Shown piece after piece: positions 22,293 to 32,811 of a stretch of DNA of 64,000 nt. Origin of the DNA: Tubiluchus corallicola (taxonomy: Eukaryota; Animalia; Priapulida); NCBI GenBank assembly GCA_030141605.1, contig JAQGDQ010000189.1:1-64000 (forward strand). The letters run 5' to 3'. How positions within the stretch are numbered: position 1 is the first letter of the stretch; every line of letters begins with the position of its first letter. Below the pieces are notes generated by a model. It saw nothing but the letters and a program-made list of their open reading frames with translations. It did not search any database and was not told the DNA's origin. Both the position numbers and the translations under genes were made by a program.

Positions 22293-22549
22293 ATTGAATT
22301 TATAAAGATGCTGCAAATATATTAAATATTATTATATTTTTATTGAAAGCATTTTATATATTCATTCATTTTTCTTTTGTCAATTTATTCCGGATTTATT
22401 TAAACACGAAAAGGCCAGTTTTTCCGCAATCTGACAAGACAAAAAACAATATATTACCGAAAGCAATGAGGGCTATGTAATCTAAATATAGTTAAATAAG
22501 GGAAGGGGGGGTGTTAGTTGTATGCAGGGGAAGCCGTTTAAGTTTGAAC

Positions 22550-23641
22550 TTATGTTAATGCGATAAAAGGCAACTTTGCTATTTTTGCTTTTATGTTTTT
22601 CCTCCTCACCTGTATAAATATTTCTGCGCCAATATTATGATATCCTTTGTTTATATATCCCATTCCTATACCTTTTTCGAGGATAGGGGATTGGCTGCCT
22701 GAGGTAACATGTCCTATTATTCTGTTGTCTGGCCCCATTATTTTATATCCTTGCCTAGGGACTCCACGTTCGATCATTTCAAAGCCTCTTAACCGCCTGT
22801 TTATTCCATCTGCTTTTTGTTTTAGAAGGAACTTTTTATCAATAAACTCTTTTTCATCAGTAAATTTTGTGATCCAACCGAGTCCTGCTTCTAATGGTGA
22901 GGTTGTGTCATCGATATCGCTTCCATAAAGGCAGTATCCCATCTCAAGGCGAAGAGTGTTTCGGGCGCCCAGCCCGATAGGTTTTATGCCATGTTCTTTT
23001 CCGGCATCAAAAACAGCTCTCCATATTTTTTCAGCATGCATATTGTCGAAATAGAGCTCGAATCCTCCTGATCCGGTATATCCTGTAGCAGATATGATAA
23101 CGTCGTTGATTCCAGCAAAAGTTCCGACAGTAAAGGTGTAATATTTTATATTGAGTAGATCAATTTCTGTCAGTTTTTGCAGCGTTTTTTTAGCCTTAGG
23201 CCCCTGTACTGCCAGTTGCCCCGTGCTGCCGGATGTATTTTCTAGCACTACATCGAAGTTGTTCTGTAAAGTCAGCCAGTCCCAGTCTTTTTGAATGTTT
23301 GAAGCATTTATTACCAGCAGGTATTTTTCAGGGCCAAAGCAATAGACCAGCAGGTCGTCAACTATTCCACCTCTGCCATTTGGGAGGCATGAGTATTGTG
23401 CTTGTCCCGGTTTAAGAGCAGAAGCGTCATTTGTTGTAATATATTGAATAAAATGGAGTGCATTTCTCCCTTTAACCCATATTTCTCCCATGTGAGACAC
23501 ATCGAAAACGCCAACAGCTTCGCGAACTGCTATGTGCTCAGATTTTATTCCATCATATTCTATCGGCATTTCATACCCCGCAAATTCAACCATTTTTGCA
23601 CTATATTTTTTATGCAGTTCAAAGAGTGCTGTTTTTTTCAT
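22550..23641 (-). CDS. gcvT: Glycine cleavage system aminomethyltransferase T
   Basis: FDVSHMGE, TGYTGSGGFE, GLGAR.TLRLEMG motifs. Confidence 0.97.
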   Translation of the reverse strand: MKKTALFELHKKYSAKMVEFAGYEMPIEYDGIKSEHIAVREAVGVFDVSHMGEIWVKGRNALHFIQYITTNDASALKPGQAQYSCLPNGRGGIVDDLLVYCFGPEKYLLVINASNIQKDWDWLTLQNNFDVVLENTSGSTGQLAVQGPKAKKTLQKLTEIDLLNIKYYTFTVGTFAGINDVIISATGYTGSGGFELYFDNMHAEKIWRAVFDAGKEHGIKPIGLGARNTLRLEMGYCLYGSDIDDTTSPLEAGLGWITKFTDEKEFIDKKFLLKQKADGINRRLRGFEMIERGVPRQGYKIMGPDNRIIGHVTSGSQSPILEKGIGMGYINKGYHNIGAEIFIQVRRKNIKAKIAKLPFIALT

Positions 23642-23744
23642 TATTTTATTGGAGTTTTAAATTTAATGAGTCAGTTTGTTTATAATATACTTGCTATCTC
23701 AAAGGGTTTTATTATTTTGAGCGTAAATATAACTGATTTTGGTG

Positions 23745-24092
23745 ATGGGGCATACTGATTTGAGCTATTTGCGATCTATGTCGGACGATAATTCATCTAT
23801 TGTCCGCGAAATGGTAGAGATGTTTATTAAGCAGGTTCCGGAGTTTTCGGAGAATCTAAAAAGTTTTTTGAGAGATAAAAAGTATGTAAAGCTGGGCGAG
23901 GAGGCGCATAAGGCGAAGTCCTCACTTATAATAGTGGGGATGCACGATCTTGCGGATTTGATGAAGTCACTTCAGCTTTTGACTATTGAGGGAAAGGGTG
24001 TTGATATGTATCCCGATTATGTTAAAAAGTTTGATGAGCAGTGTGATATGGCAGTTAATGAGTTGAAAGAGGAGTTAAAAGGTTTGGAGTAG
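23745..24092 (+). CDS. Stand-alone Hpt (histidine phosphotransfer) domain protein
   Basis: DLSYL N-terminus and AHKAKSS Hpt motif; helical protein of ~115 aa. The start could be 23739 or 23745. Confidence 0.8.
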   Translation: MGHTDLSYLRSMSDDNSSIVREMVEMFIKQVPEFSENLKSFLRDKKYVKLGEEAHKAKSSLIIVGMHDLADLMKSLQLLTIEGKGVDMYPDYVKKFDEQCDMAVNELKEELKGLE

Positions 24093-24370
24093 TAAGGTTT
24101 TTGCAAAACTTATTTTTGTTGATATTTTTCTTCAAAATCTTTTTCAAGGTATTCTTTTTTGAGCAGGCAGAAAGTTTTCATTGGTTTTTCAGCTTGAGTC
24201 ATTTTTTCACTTTGTACAGGTGTCATTTTTTCCTGTTCTGTTTTTGAGAGAGTTCTTTTCAGAGTGTTCGTTTGAGGAAAAGGTGGAAGGTTTTCACTGC
24301 TTTTTTATGCGCAGCCATGTTTTTTCTTTTTGCAAAGGTTTTGTAATGTTTGCTGAGGGGCGGTATGTTA

Positions 24371-27352
24371 TTATGTGTGTTTTATTAGTGCTGCTCTTTT
24401 TTTTCCATCCATTAAAATTTCCAGTTTATTTTTAAATTTTACATGTTTTACGTATTTGCCTTCCCAAACTACTTCCTGCTTATCCAGTAGGTTTATGTCT
24501 ATGTGGTACCCGGAGCTTTGGCGCGGAACAGAGAAGTATCCTACGTTCATTGATGTTACATTATGGAAAAAGTGAGAGCCCAAAGATGCATCCAGTGGAA
24601 AGTCAGGTAGCCCCATTTCAATGATAACTTTTGCAAAGTTAATGTTTGCCCATGTAACTGGTATGCCTGTAAAAGCATCTCTTGTGCCCCATCTTCCCGG
24701 ACCAATAAGTAGATACGGGGTGTTTGCTGATTTCATCTGCTCGTTGGCTTTACACACTTCAAGCGATATTTCCCTTGTTTCTGTTTTATCAAAAGTATCC
24801 GGTTTTACATAAATCACATCCTGTATGTTATCTATTTTTCCGTTTCCCATTCCACGGCTGGATAACATGAGTAGTCTTGATTTGTCTATTTTGTCCAGGT
24901 TGATCTCTACATCACCTTCTCTTCTTATCAGGGGTTTTATCTGTAACAGGTAGAATGTAGGGTATCCGTGCTCCCCCTCTTCAATTTCGAGTGCATATTC
25001 AATTTCTACGGGGAAACCCATAGCTTGCTGAAACAGTTCCAATACAAGGTTAAGTGTGTCTGAAAGAGGTGTGTAGTCGTATTTTAGTATGTTTGCGAAA
25101 TTGATTACTCGCGCCCCAGTCTGGGCAGTGCCTGGTTCAAGAGAGTCATTTTCCCGATTGTATGTTGAAGCGCAATGTTCAAGTACCCCATCTTTTTCCG
25201 CTTCTGATATTTTCAATTTTTTGATAGCTATGTTCTCTTCTCCAGAAGAGAGGTCAAAGTCTTTTATTGACATGTCAATGACATAGAGTTCACCTTGGGA
25301 GTCTCTTAGTTGGTCATGTATTGTTCCGTTGTTCAGTCCCGGATATTTAGGGCAGAAGCGGTAAGCTTTTTCTCCTCCTACGACGAGCATTCCCAGCCCT
25401 ACGCCTGCAACGGCAAAGCCATCTTCTGGTTTCATATAGGAGAAGGGGTAGTAGTTAAACGACTGAGCAATACCACTTATAGTTGGATAAAATTTGTCGT
25501 TGTGTTTATGCCCGACAACCTCCTGGATGATAACAGCCATTTTCTCTTCTTCTATTTTATAGTTTATAGCGTCAAAGTACGATCTTGCATCGGGTGTAAA
25601 TATAGAAGAGTAGACCAGCTTTACTGATGTCATTAAGTGTTCAAAACGGGTGTTTAGATCGGGATTGTTGTTTGGGATAAGGTATGTAGAGTAGACTCCT
25701 GAGAAAGGTCTCAAAAGCGAATCTTCAAATAGTCCCGATGATCGTATTGCCAGAGGAGTTTCTATAGCTTTTGCGTAGCTGTAAAGTTTCTCTTTCAATG
25801 TGTTGCTCAGCTCTGCTTTTAAGAATGCTTTACGCGTCTTTTCATAGTCATGCTGATGATAAGCTACACTATAGAGATTATTTTGTTCAAGAAACCTGTC
25901 AAATTCTGTTGTTCCTATAATAGCTGTTGACGGAAGGCGGATGTTTATCCCCGGCACCAGCTTTTTTAGGTTTATGTTTTCAATGAGGTTACTTATGAAA
26001 GCTAATCCTCTGCCTTTTCCTCCCAGTGAGCCTTGTCCCAGTCGAAGAACAAATCTTTTGTGTCCTGCTAAAGCAGGGTTAAAGTTAACTATGCGTCCGC
26101 GGTTTTTTTGTTCTCTTACTTCGTGAAATACATTTATACAAAAGTCCCTTATTTTATTGGGGTCATCAAAGTCTTCTACTTTATAGGGGAGAAGTTTTTC
26201 GGCCATATTTATTTCTCCTCTGGCCATTAGCCATGCTGAAAAGGCATTTTGGCGGGCATGGTATATCAGTGTTTCAATGGGAACTTTAGTGATTTTATCT
26301 TCAAGTTCACGCAGGTTTTTTGCTTCTTCTATCTTTTTCCCATTTTTGTCTCTAAAAATAAAGTTACCAAATCCCAACTTATTGTTAATAAAGTTACTAA
26401 TATCTAGAGACAGGCTGTCGGAGCTTTTTTTTATGAAAGTTGCTCCTACCTCTTTCGCTCTTGCTTCATTGCCTGGTTCGTGAGATTGCAGTAAGATCGG
26501 AATTGGGAAGCGAAGGTTTCGTTTTACATATTTCAGTAATTCTATTCCGGAGTCTTCGTCATCAATGCCCTGGCGTGCAAATTTCACATCAGAAATAACG
26601 CACAAAAGGTTTTCTTTGTAGTTATTTATTATGCTAACGGCATCTTCATAATTACTGACCAGTAATAGTTTGGGCCGTGCGCGCATTTTCATTATCATGT
26701 TTAGCTCGTCTGTAGACTTATCTGCGACAAGATTTTGTGTCTGTGTCATCAGGTTTGTGTAGAGTATAGGCAAGTATCTTGAGTAGTATGGTATCGAGTC
26801 CTCCACAAGGAGTACAATGCGCACATTTCCCAACTTTGTGTCACGGGCGGCATTTTTTTTATCTTCTATATATTTGATCATTGCCAGGAATATTGTGGAG
26901 TTTCCATTCCACACAAAGACCCTGTCAATAGCCTGCACTGGCTCAGCTGCATTTTGAAAGAACGGGACATCGCTGTTATTGTTTACCAGAAGCAGTATCG
27001 GGATGCGTGGTTTGGCGAAGTGAATATCTTCGGCGGTACGCAGAGGTGCTTCTTTATCGATACCGGCCATTATTATTACCATATCAAAGTGGCGTGAGCT
27101 GAGTGCCTTAATAGCGTCTTCACCGGAGTTAACACTTGTGAAGCGAGGGGCGGTATATAAGTTTAATTGAAGATATTCTCCGAAAATTTTGCTGGAGAAT
27201 TGTTCTTCTCTGACTATTGAGTACGAGTCGTACAGTGTAGCGACCAGTAGTACCTCTTTCACTTTTGTGGGCATCAACTCCTGAAAGATGTCCCTGTCGG
27301 TTTTTTTCTTCTTATATAATGAAGATAGAGAGATGTTGTCAAATTTTTTCAT
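24371..27352 (-). CDS. Receiver-like domains fused to a PEP synthase/PPDK nucleotide-binding (ATP-grasp) domain
   Basis: LLVEDS and VISDV receiver-like motifs; GGKGRGL, AIRSSGLFED, GVYST, MAVIIQEVVG, EIEYA, LLQIKP. Confidence 0.85.
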   Translation of the reverse strand: MKKFDNISLSSLYKKKKTDRDIFQELMPTKVKEVLLVATLYDSYSIVREEQFSSKIFGEYLQLNLYTAPRFTSVNSGEDAIKALSSRHFDMVIIMAGIDKEAPLRTAEDIHFAKPRIPILLLVNNNSDVPFFQNAAEPVQAIDRVFVWNGNSTIFLAMIKYIEDKKNAARDTKLGNVRIVLLVEDSIPYYSRYLPILYTNLMTQTQNLVADKSTDELNMIMKMRARPKLLLVSNYEDAVSIINNYKENLLCVISDVKFARQGIDDEDSGIELLKYVKRNLRFPIPILLQSHEPGNEARAKEVGATFIKKSSDSLSLDISNFINNKLGFGNFIFRDKNGKKIEEAKNLRELEDKITKVPIETLIYHARQNAFSAWLMARGEINMAEKLLPYKVEDFDDPNKIRDFCINVFHEVREQKNRGRIVNFNPALAGHKRFVLRLGQGSLGGKGRGLAFISNLIENINLKKLVPGINIRLPSTAIIGTTEFDRFLEQNNLYSVAYHQHDYEKTRKAFLKAELSNTLKEKLYSYAKAIETPLAIRSSGLFEDSLLRPFSGVYSTYLIPNNNPDLNTRFEHLMTSVKLVYSSIFTPDARSYFDAINYKIEEEKMAVIIQEVVGHKHNDKFYPTISGIAQSFNYYPFSYMKPEDGFAVAGVGLGMLVVGGEKAYRFCPKYPGLNNGTIHDQLRDSQGELYVIDMSIKDFDLSSGEENIAIKKLKISEAEKDGVLEHCASTYNRENDSLEPGTAQTGARVINFANILKYDYTPLSDTLNLVLELFQQAMGFPVEIEYALEIEEGEHGYPTFYLLQIKPLIRREGDVEINLDKIDKSRLLMLSSRGMGNGKIDNIQDVIYVKPDTFDKTETREISLEVCKANEQMKSANTPYLLIGPGRWGTRDAFTGIPVTWANINFAKVIIEMGLPDFPLDASLGSHFFHNVTSMNVGYFSVPRQSSGYHIDINLLDKQEVVWEGKYVKHVKFKNKLEILMDGKKRAALIKHT

Positions 27353-27560
27353 TCTGTGGGTGTTTTCCAGTACGTTATATCCTGATTTTTAAATTCAGAT
27401 GCAACGTTTTTTAATATCTTCTGTTATCCAAAATTAGCCAATTTATTCAATTTATGTTGTAAAAGATTTGACTGGTGAGTGCAAGTACTACAGAAATGTT
27501 CTAAATTAATTTTATTTTTGTATTAGTTTTTAAATATAGACATTAAACACTTGTTATTAG

Positions 27561-29714
27561 ATGAGAAAGAGTATTATGTTTTTGTGGCTGCTGCTATTTG
27601 CAGTTGTGTCCAATACAAGAGGTGATGAGGGAATGTGGATACCTTCCCTTATTCAGAGGCTGAATATTGAAGATATGAGTTTGATGGGTTGTCATTTGAC
27701 AGCCGAGCAAATATACAGCATCAATGAGTCCAGTCTGAAGGATGCTGTTGTATCTTTGAACTATGGTTCGTGCACTGCTTCGCTTATTTCCCCTGATGGT
27801 TTATTGCTTACCAATCATCATTGTGCATTTGGGGATATACAGTCGCACAGCTCCGTGAATAGCGACTATTTGAGAGATGGGTTCTGGGCTATGTCGAGGG
27901 AGGATGAGCTTCCAAATTCTGGCAAGACAGTCTCTTTTCTTATAAGGATAGAGGATGTTACTGATAGAGTGAATGAGGCTCTATCGGGTGGTATTAAAGA
28001 GAGTATCCGTAAGGATAGGTTGGCAGAGGTGTCTGAAGATATTATATCTGAAGTGGAGAGTGACACGCACTACGAGGCTCATGTGAAAGCTATGTTTGAG
28101 TCAAACCAGTACTTCCTATTTGTTTATGAAACATTTAGAGATGTTCGATTGGTGGGAGCACCTCCAAAGTCGATAGGTAAGTTTGGCGGAGATACGGACA
28201 ACTGGATGTGGCCCCGTCAGACCGGGGATTTCTGTTTGTACAGGGTTTATTGTGGGTCGGATGGCAAGCCTGCTGAGTATTCAGAGGAGAATGTTCCGTA
28301 TAAGCCCAGACACTATCTTCCAATTTCTTTAAAGGGTGTATCTGAAGGTGATTTTGCGATGATAATGGGTTATCCGGGCTCTACATCACGCTACCGTAGT
28401 TCTATGGGCGTTGGTCTTACAATGGATGTGACCAACGAGATACGCCGCGATGTGCGTGAGGAGAAGTTAAGAATTATAGGGGAGTATATGGAGCAGAGCC
28501 AGCATGCTCGTATACAGTATTCTTCAAAGTATGCCCGAAGTTCAAACTATTATAAGTATTCTATTGGCCAAAATAGGGGTCTGAAGGCGCTTAATACTAT
28601 TGATAGGAAGCGGGATATTGAGAGGGAGTTTACTGATTGGCTGGATAAAAATCCTGACAAGAAGGAGAAGTATGGTGATGCTCTTGGCCTGATAGAGTCT
28701 GCTTATAGCACAAAGGATGAGAAGGTTGCTTTTATATACATGCGCGAAGCAATATTATACGGGCCTGAGATTTTTACTTTTGCAATGGGAGCAAGGCCGG
28801 CTTATGAGTTGTTGAAAGAGAATTGGAGCGAAGTAGCTATTCGTGCTTCACTGGAGCCATTGTCAGAGGGGCTGGATACTTATTTTAAGGACTATAGTGC
28901 TGATACCGACCAAAAGTTGGTGGCTGCTCTGCTAGAAAAGTATGCAGGCAAGGTGGCACCAAAGTATTATCCTGATTTTTTTCATTCTGTTAATAAAAAA
29001 GATAAGGGTAATTATTCAAAGTATGCTGAGAGTGCATTTGCTAAGAGTATTTTTGCGGATAAGGTAAAGCTGGAAGGGTTTGTAAAGAATCCCAAGTTGA
29101 AAGTACTGGAAAAGGATGCCATATTTCAGGCAATGTTATCGATAAGTGATATTATGGATACTATTTCTGAAGATATGGATGTTTTTATGGATACTCTTCA
29201 AAAGGGGCGGCGGTTGTTTGTTGCCGGCCTTATGGAGATGAGTCCTGACAGAGTAGCATATCCTGATGCTAATTCAACCATGAGGCTTACTTATGGTTCG
29301 GTAAGCGGGTATCAGCCTCGCGATGGAGTACATTACTCATATTTTACAACACTGAAGGGGTGTATTGAAAAGGAGATTCCAGGAGACGATGAGTTTGATC
29401 TTCCGGCGAATTTTGTAGAGCTTTATAATAATAGGGATTTTGGTGTGTATGCTGATAAAGACGGTAGTCTACGCACATGTTTTATAACCAACAATGATAT
29501 TACTGGAGGCAATTCAGGGAGTCCTGTGATTAATGGAGATGGGGAGCTTATCGGTTGTGCTTTTGACGGCAACTGGGAGGCAATGAGTGGAGATATTGCG
29601 TTTGAGCCTGATTTGCAGAGGTGTATAAATGTTGATGCCCGCTATATTATCTGGGTAATTGATAAGTTTGCCGGAGCAAGGCACCTTATTGATGAGATGA
29701 CAATAGTAAGGTAA
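27561..29714 (+). CDS. dpp7: S46-family dipeptidyl peptidase, DPP7-type
   Basis: DEGMW, TNHHC, DNWMWPR, DITGGNSGSP. FDGNWE has Gly at the S1 position, as in DPP7 rather than DPP11. Confidence 0.9.
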   Translation: MRKSIMFLWLLLFAVVSNTRGDEGMWIPSLIQRLNIEDMSLMGCHLTAEQIYSINESSLKDAVVSLNYGSCTASLISPDGLLLTNHHCAFGDIQSHSSVNSDYLRDGFWAMSREDELPNSGKTVSFLIRIEDVTDRVNEALSGGIKESIRKDRLAEVSEDIISEVESDTHYEAHVKAMFESNQYFLFVYETFRDVRLVGAPPKSIGKFGGDTDNWMWPRQTGDFCLYRVYCGSDGKPAEYSEENVPYKPRHYLPISLKGVSEGDFAMIMGYPGSTSRYRSSMGVGLTMDVTNEIRRDVREEKLRIIGEYMEQSQHARIQYSSKYARSSNYYKYSIGQNRGLKALNTIDRKRDIEREFTDWLDKNPDKKEKYGDALGLIESAYSTKDEKVAFIYMREAILYGPEIFTFAMGARPAYELLKENWSEVAIRASLEPLSEGLDTYFKDYSADTDQKLVAALLEKYAGKVAPKYYPDFFHSVNKKDKGNYSKYAESAFAKSIFADKVKLEGFVKNPKLKVLEKDAIFQAMLSISDIMDTISEDMDVFMDTLQKGRRLFVAGLMEMSPDRVAYPDANSTMRLTYGSVSGYQPRDGVHYSYFTTLKGCIEKEIPGDDEFDLPANFVELYNNRDFGVYADKDGSLRTCFITNNDITGGNSGSPVINGDGELIGCAFDGNWEAMSGDIAFEPDLQRCINVDARYIIWVIDKFAGARHLIDEMTIVR

Positions 29715-29729
29715 CTGTTTTACAGCTTT

Positions 29730-30209
29730 ATGGCGGATAGTAGCAGTCCGGATGTAGTTATTTATACTGACGGATCATCAAGAGGAAACCCCGGTCCGGG
29801 GGGGTATGGAGTAGTTTTGCAGTACGGGAAGCATAAGAGAGAGCTGTCTCAGGGATACAGGCTTACTACAAATAATCGTATGGAGTTGCTGGCAGTTATT
29901 GTTGCGCTGGAAAAACTGAAGATAGGTAACTGGCGAGTAACTGTTTATACCGATTCCAGATATGTTACCGACTCTGTAGAGAAAGGGTGGGTATATAGCT
30001 GGGTAAAAAAAGGTTTTAAGGGTAAAAAGAATGCAGATTTGTGGAGGCGCTTTCTGGAGGTATACAGCAAGCACTGCGTTCGGTTTGTCTGGGTAAAGGG
30101 GCATTCAGACATTCCCGGGAACGAGCGATGTGACAAGCTTGCTGTTGAGGCTTCATTTAAAAAAGGACTGCCAGAGGATGTAGGGTATGTTTCCGAGAAA
30201 AAGCAGTAA
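29730..30209 (+). CDS. rnhA: Ribonuclease HI
   Basis: YTDGSSRGNPGPGG, TNNRMEL, WVKGH, NERCD. Confidence 0.97.
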   Translation: MADSSSPDVVIYTDGSSRGNPGPGGYGVVLQYGKHKRELSQGYRLTTNNRMELLAVIVALEKLKIGNWRVTVYTDSRYVTDSVEKGWVYSWVKKGFKGKKNADLWRRFLEVYSKHCVRFVWVKGHSDIPGNERCDKLAVEASFKKGLPEDVGYVSEKKQ

Positions 30210-30330
30210 GTGTTCTGTTGTAAGAGCTATCTTTTGATCCATCATTGTGCTGATAAGGAGTGGCTTGCCATTGATTTTTTTCAATCATGTTTGTAATGTT
30301 TGGCCCTGTAAAGGTCTCTGTTTTGAGAAA

Positions 30331-30358
30331 GAGGGCTGCCTATAGTTGACAGCCCCTT
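30331..30358. terminator. Possible terminator hairpin between convergent genes
   Basis: GGGCTG-CCTATAGTTGA-CAGCCC stem-loop. Confidence 0.45.
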
Positions 30359-30441
30359 CCCGGTTTTTTGTTTATGATATTTTTAGCGGTGTTGATGTGT
30401 AATCATCCTGCTATTTTTTACGATATGTTGTTGGAGTCTGG

Positions 30442-31086
30442 TTAACTTCCAAACAGGTATCCTACTGAGAACTTTAGAACTCTATTCATCAAGGTCTCGT
30501 CATCGTCCGTGTTGATATTTAACAGTCCAAGGTCATATGAAACACCTATCAGGAGTGAGTTAACCTCAACCCCTCCACCAAGTGTTAGCCCTGTATCAAA
30601 GCGTTTGAGGTCTTTATCGTTTCCCCATTTTATACTTTGTTCTTCTGTCTCTTTTCCCTCGGGATATTCCAAGGTTGTCTTTATTTTACCACTTAATCCA
30701 ACACCAACATAGGGGCCGAATGCAGCAAACATTTTTACTCCATCTGTTAAGCTATGAGACAATTTCATAGTTAAAGGGACATCTAGGTAATATGAGTTAA
30801 TAGATGACCTCATTTTTAAGTTAGGCACTTCTACATCAAACGCTGTCCCCTTTGTTGTTAACAGTAATCCTGGTTCAAATGATAAGATGTCATTAAGTGG
30901 TATGTCAACAAATAGCCCAGTATGAAATCCCAAGGTAAAGTGTTTATTATATGGAATATCATACTCGTCTTCGATCAGCATATTTGCCAGGGTTACCCCA
31001 CCTTTTATGCTAAAAGTTTGTGCGTTTGATTTCAGAGAGAGCAGACTAATAAGTGCAATCGCTGTAATTCTTGTTAGTGTTTTCAT
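30442..31086 (-). CDS. Outer-membrane beta-barrel protein (PorT/OMP_b-brl_2-like)
   Basis: Signal peptide ending in AQ, YLDVPL motif, FGPYVG, C-terminal SVGYLF strand. Confidence 0.85.
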   Translation of the reverse strand: MKTLTRITAIALISLLSLKSNAQTFSIKGGVTLANMLIEDEYDIPYNKHFTLGFHTGLFVDIPLNDILSFEPGLLLTTKGTAFDVEVPNLKMRSSINSYYLDVPLTMKLSHSLTDGVKMFAAFGPYVGVGLSGKIKTTLEYPEGKETEEQSIKWGNDKDLKRFDTGLTLGGGVEVNSLLIGVSYDLGLLNINTDDDETLMNRVLKFSVGYLFGS

Positions 31087-31313
31087 ATTTTAAGTGTTAA
31101 TTAATTTTTTTCAGTTTTGTTCCTCACAATTTTTGAGGTTTTTGCATAGCCATTCTATTTTATTGCAAAAAATAATATTGTCACCAATGTTTTTTCATTT
31201 GCGTTAGTGAGTTATAGTTTTTTATAGTTTTTTTGCCAGATTGTTTTTTTATCCTGAACTAAGTTCTTTTATTTTGCACAGCTCCGCTGTGGTTTTCTTA
31301 TATGAGAGCGTAG

Positions 31314-32756
31314 CTATACTTCTTTTATTTTCCAGTTTCCTTTTCTAAATATATGTATGCTTACAAGGGTTAGTGCTGTTTCGGCTGTCAGGATAGCGTA
31401 ACAGACTCCTGCTAGTTCATATTTCAATTTAGTGGCAAGAAACCATGCTAATGGTATTTCAATTATCCAGAAGCAGAGTATGTTTATTTTAGTAGGGATA
31501 TCTGTGTTTCCACTGCCGTTGAATGCCTGTATTATCACCATGCCAAGTGCGTAGAAAGCGAATCCAAAACTAATAAGTCGCAAGGCTTTGATGCCACTTA
31601 CGACAACAGGGATGTCATCGATAAATATTCTTATAAACAAGTCTGGGAACAGTATAAATATGAGGCTTACCAGCCCAAGGAATATCATGTTTATTTTTCC
31701 TGTTATCCATACCGATTTTTCTGCTCTCTCGGGTTGTTTTGCGCCAAGGTTTTGGCCTACAAGTGTTGCTGCAGCATTACTTAGCCCCCATGAAGGTAAT
31801 AGGGCAAAGAGGATAATGCGCAGTGCAATAGTGTAGCCAGCCAACACTTCTTCGCCAAAGTCTGCGATAATTCTGACCATAATGATCCAGCTTGAGGTGG
31901 CAATTATGTATTGTGTGATACCCCAGGCAGAGAGTTTTAGCAGTTTAAGCATAACATTGATTTTGAAGCGTATGCTTTGTATAGTTAGCTGTATTCTCCT
32001 GTTTCCTTTAAACAGGAGGTAGAATTGATAGATTACAGCTATCCCTCTTCCTGTGTTTGTAGCAATGGCTGCGCCTTTTATTCCCATTTCGGGGAATGGG
32101 CCAATTCCAAAAATTAACATCGGGTCTAGTACCAGGTTTATCAGGTTTGCGATCCATAGCACCCTCATAGATATTGCCGCATCTCCTGAGCTTCGAAATA
32201 TGGCGTTGATAATAAAGAGGAGCATTATAACCACATTGCCTCCAAACATTATTCTGGGGTAGTGATAGCCATTTTCTATCATCTCTTCGCTGGCTCCCAT
32301 CAGTTTGAGAAATTCGGAAGCGAACATGGCTCCCGGTATTGCTATAAATAGTGATATAATAGTTCCGGCCAGTATAGCCTGAAATGCGGCAATACGGGCT
32401 TTGCTATGTTTTTTCTCTCCGATACGCCTCGCTACGAGTGCTGTGGTAGCAGCGCTCAGTCCTATGCCTATTGCATAGACGATAGTCATAGCCGATTCGG
32501 TAATACCAACGGTTGAAACCGCTCCGGGGCCTAATTGTGAAACGAAATATATGTCAACTACAGCAAATATAGATTCCATAATCATTTCGAGGACCATCGG
32601 TACGGATAGAAGGAGTACCGCTTTACCCAGTTTTACTTTAGTGAAGTCCTGTTCTGTTCCGGATATAGATTCTTTTATTTCCTGCCAGAACTCTCTGATC
32701 TTACTTTTTTTAGCGTGTTGGGGTACAGCTGTTTTATCTATTTTATTCGTTTTCAC
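31314..32756 (-). CDS. MATE-family efflux transporter
   Basis: About 12 hydrophobic segments; FRSSGD, NLVLDP, GIKGAAIAT, VGQNLGA. Confidence 0.95.
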   Translation of the reverse strand: MKTNKIDKTAVPQHAKKSKIREFWQEIKESISGTEQDFTKVKLGKAVLLLSVPMVLEMIMESIFAVVDIYFVSQLGPGAVSTVGITESAMTIVYAIGIGLSAATTALVARRIGEKKHSKARIAAFQAILAGTIISLFIAIPGAMFASEFLKLMGASEEMIENGYHYPRIMFGGNVVIMLLFIINAIFRSSGDAAISMRVLWIANLINLVLDPMLIFGIGPFPEMGIKGAAIATNTGRGIAVIYQFYLLFKGNRRIQLTIQSIRFKINVMLKLLKLSAWGITQYIIATSSWIIMVRIIADFGEEVLAGYTIALRIILFALLPSWGLSNAAATLVGQNLGAKQPERAEKSVWITGKINMIFLGLVSLIFILFPDLFIRIFIDDIPVVVSGIKALRLISFGFAFYALGMVIIQAFNGSGNTDIPTKINILCFWIIEIPLAWFLATKLKYELAGVCYAILTAETALTLVSIHIFRKGNWKIKEV

Positions 32757-32811
32757 GGTGCAAAGATATGGTAATTATGCATATTTTGCTTTAGGTTTTG
32801 TTGTGCCGGTT

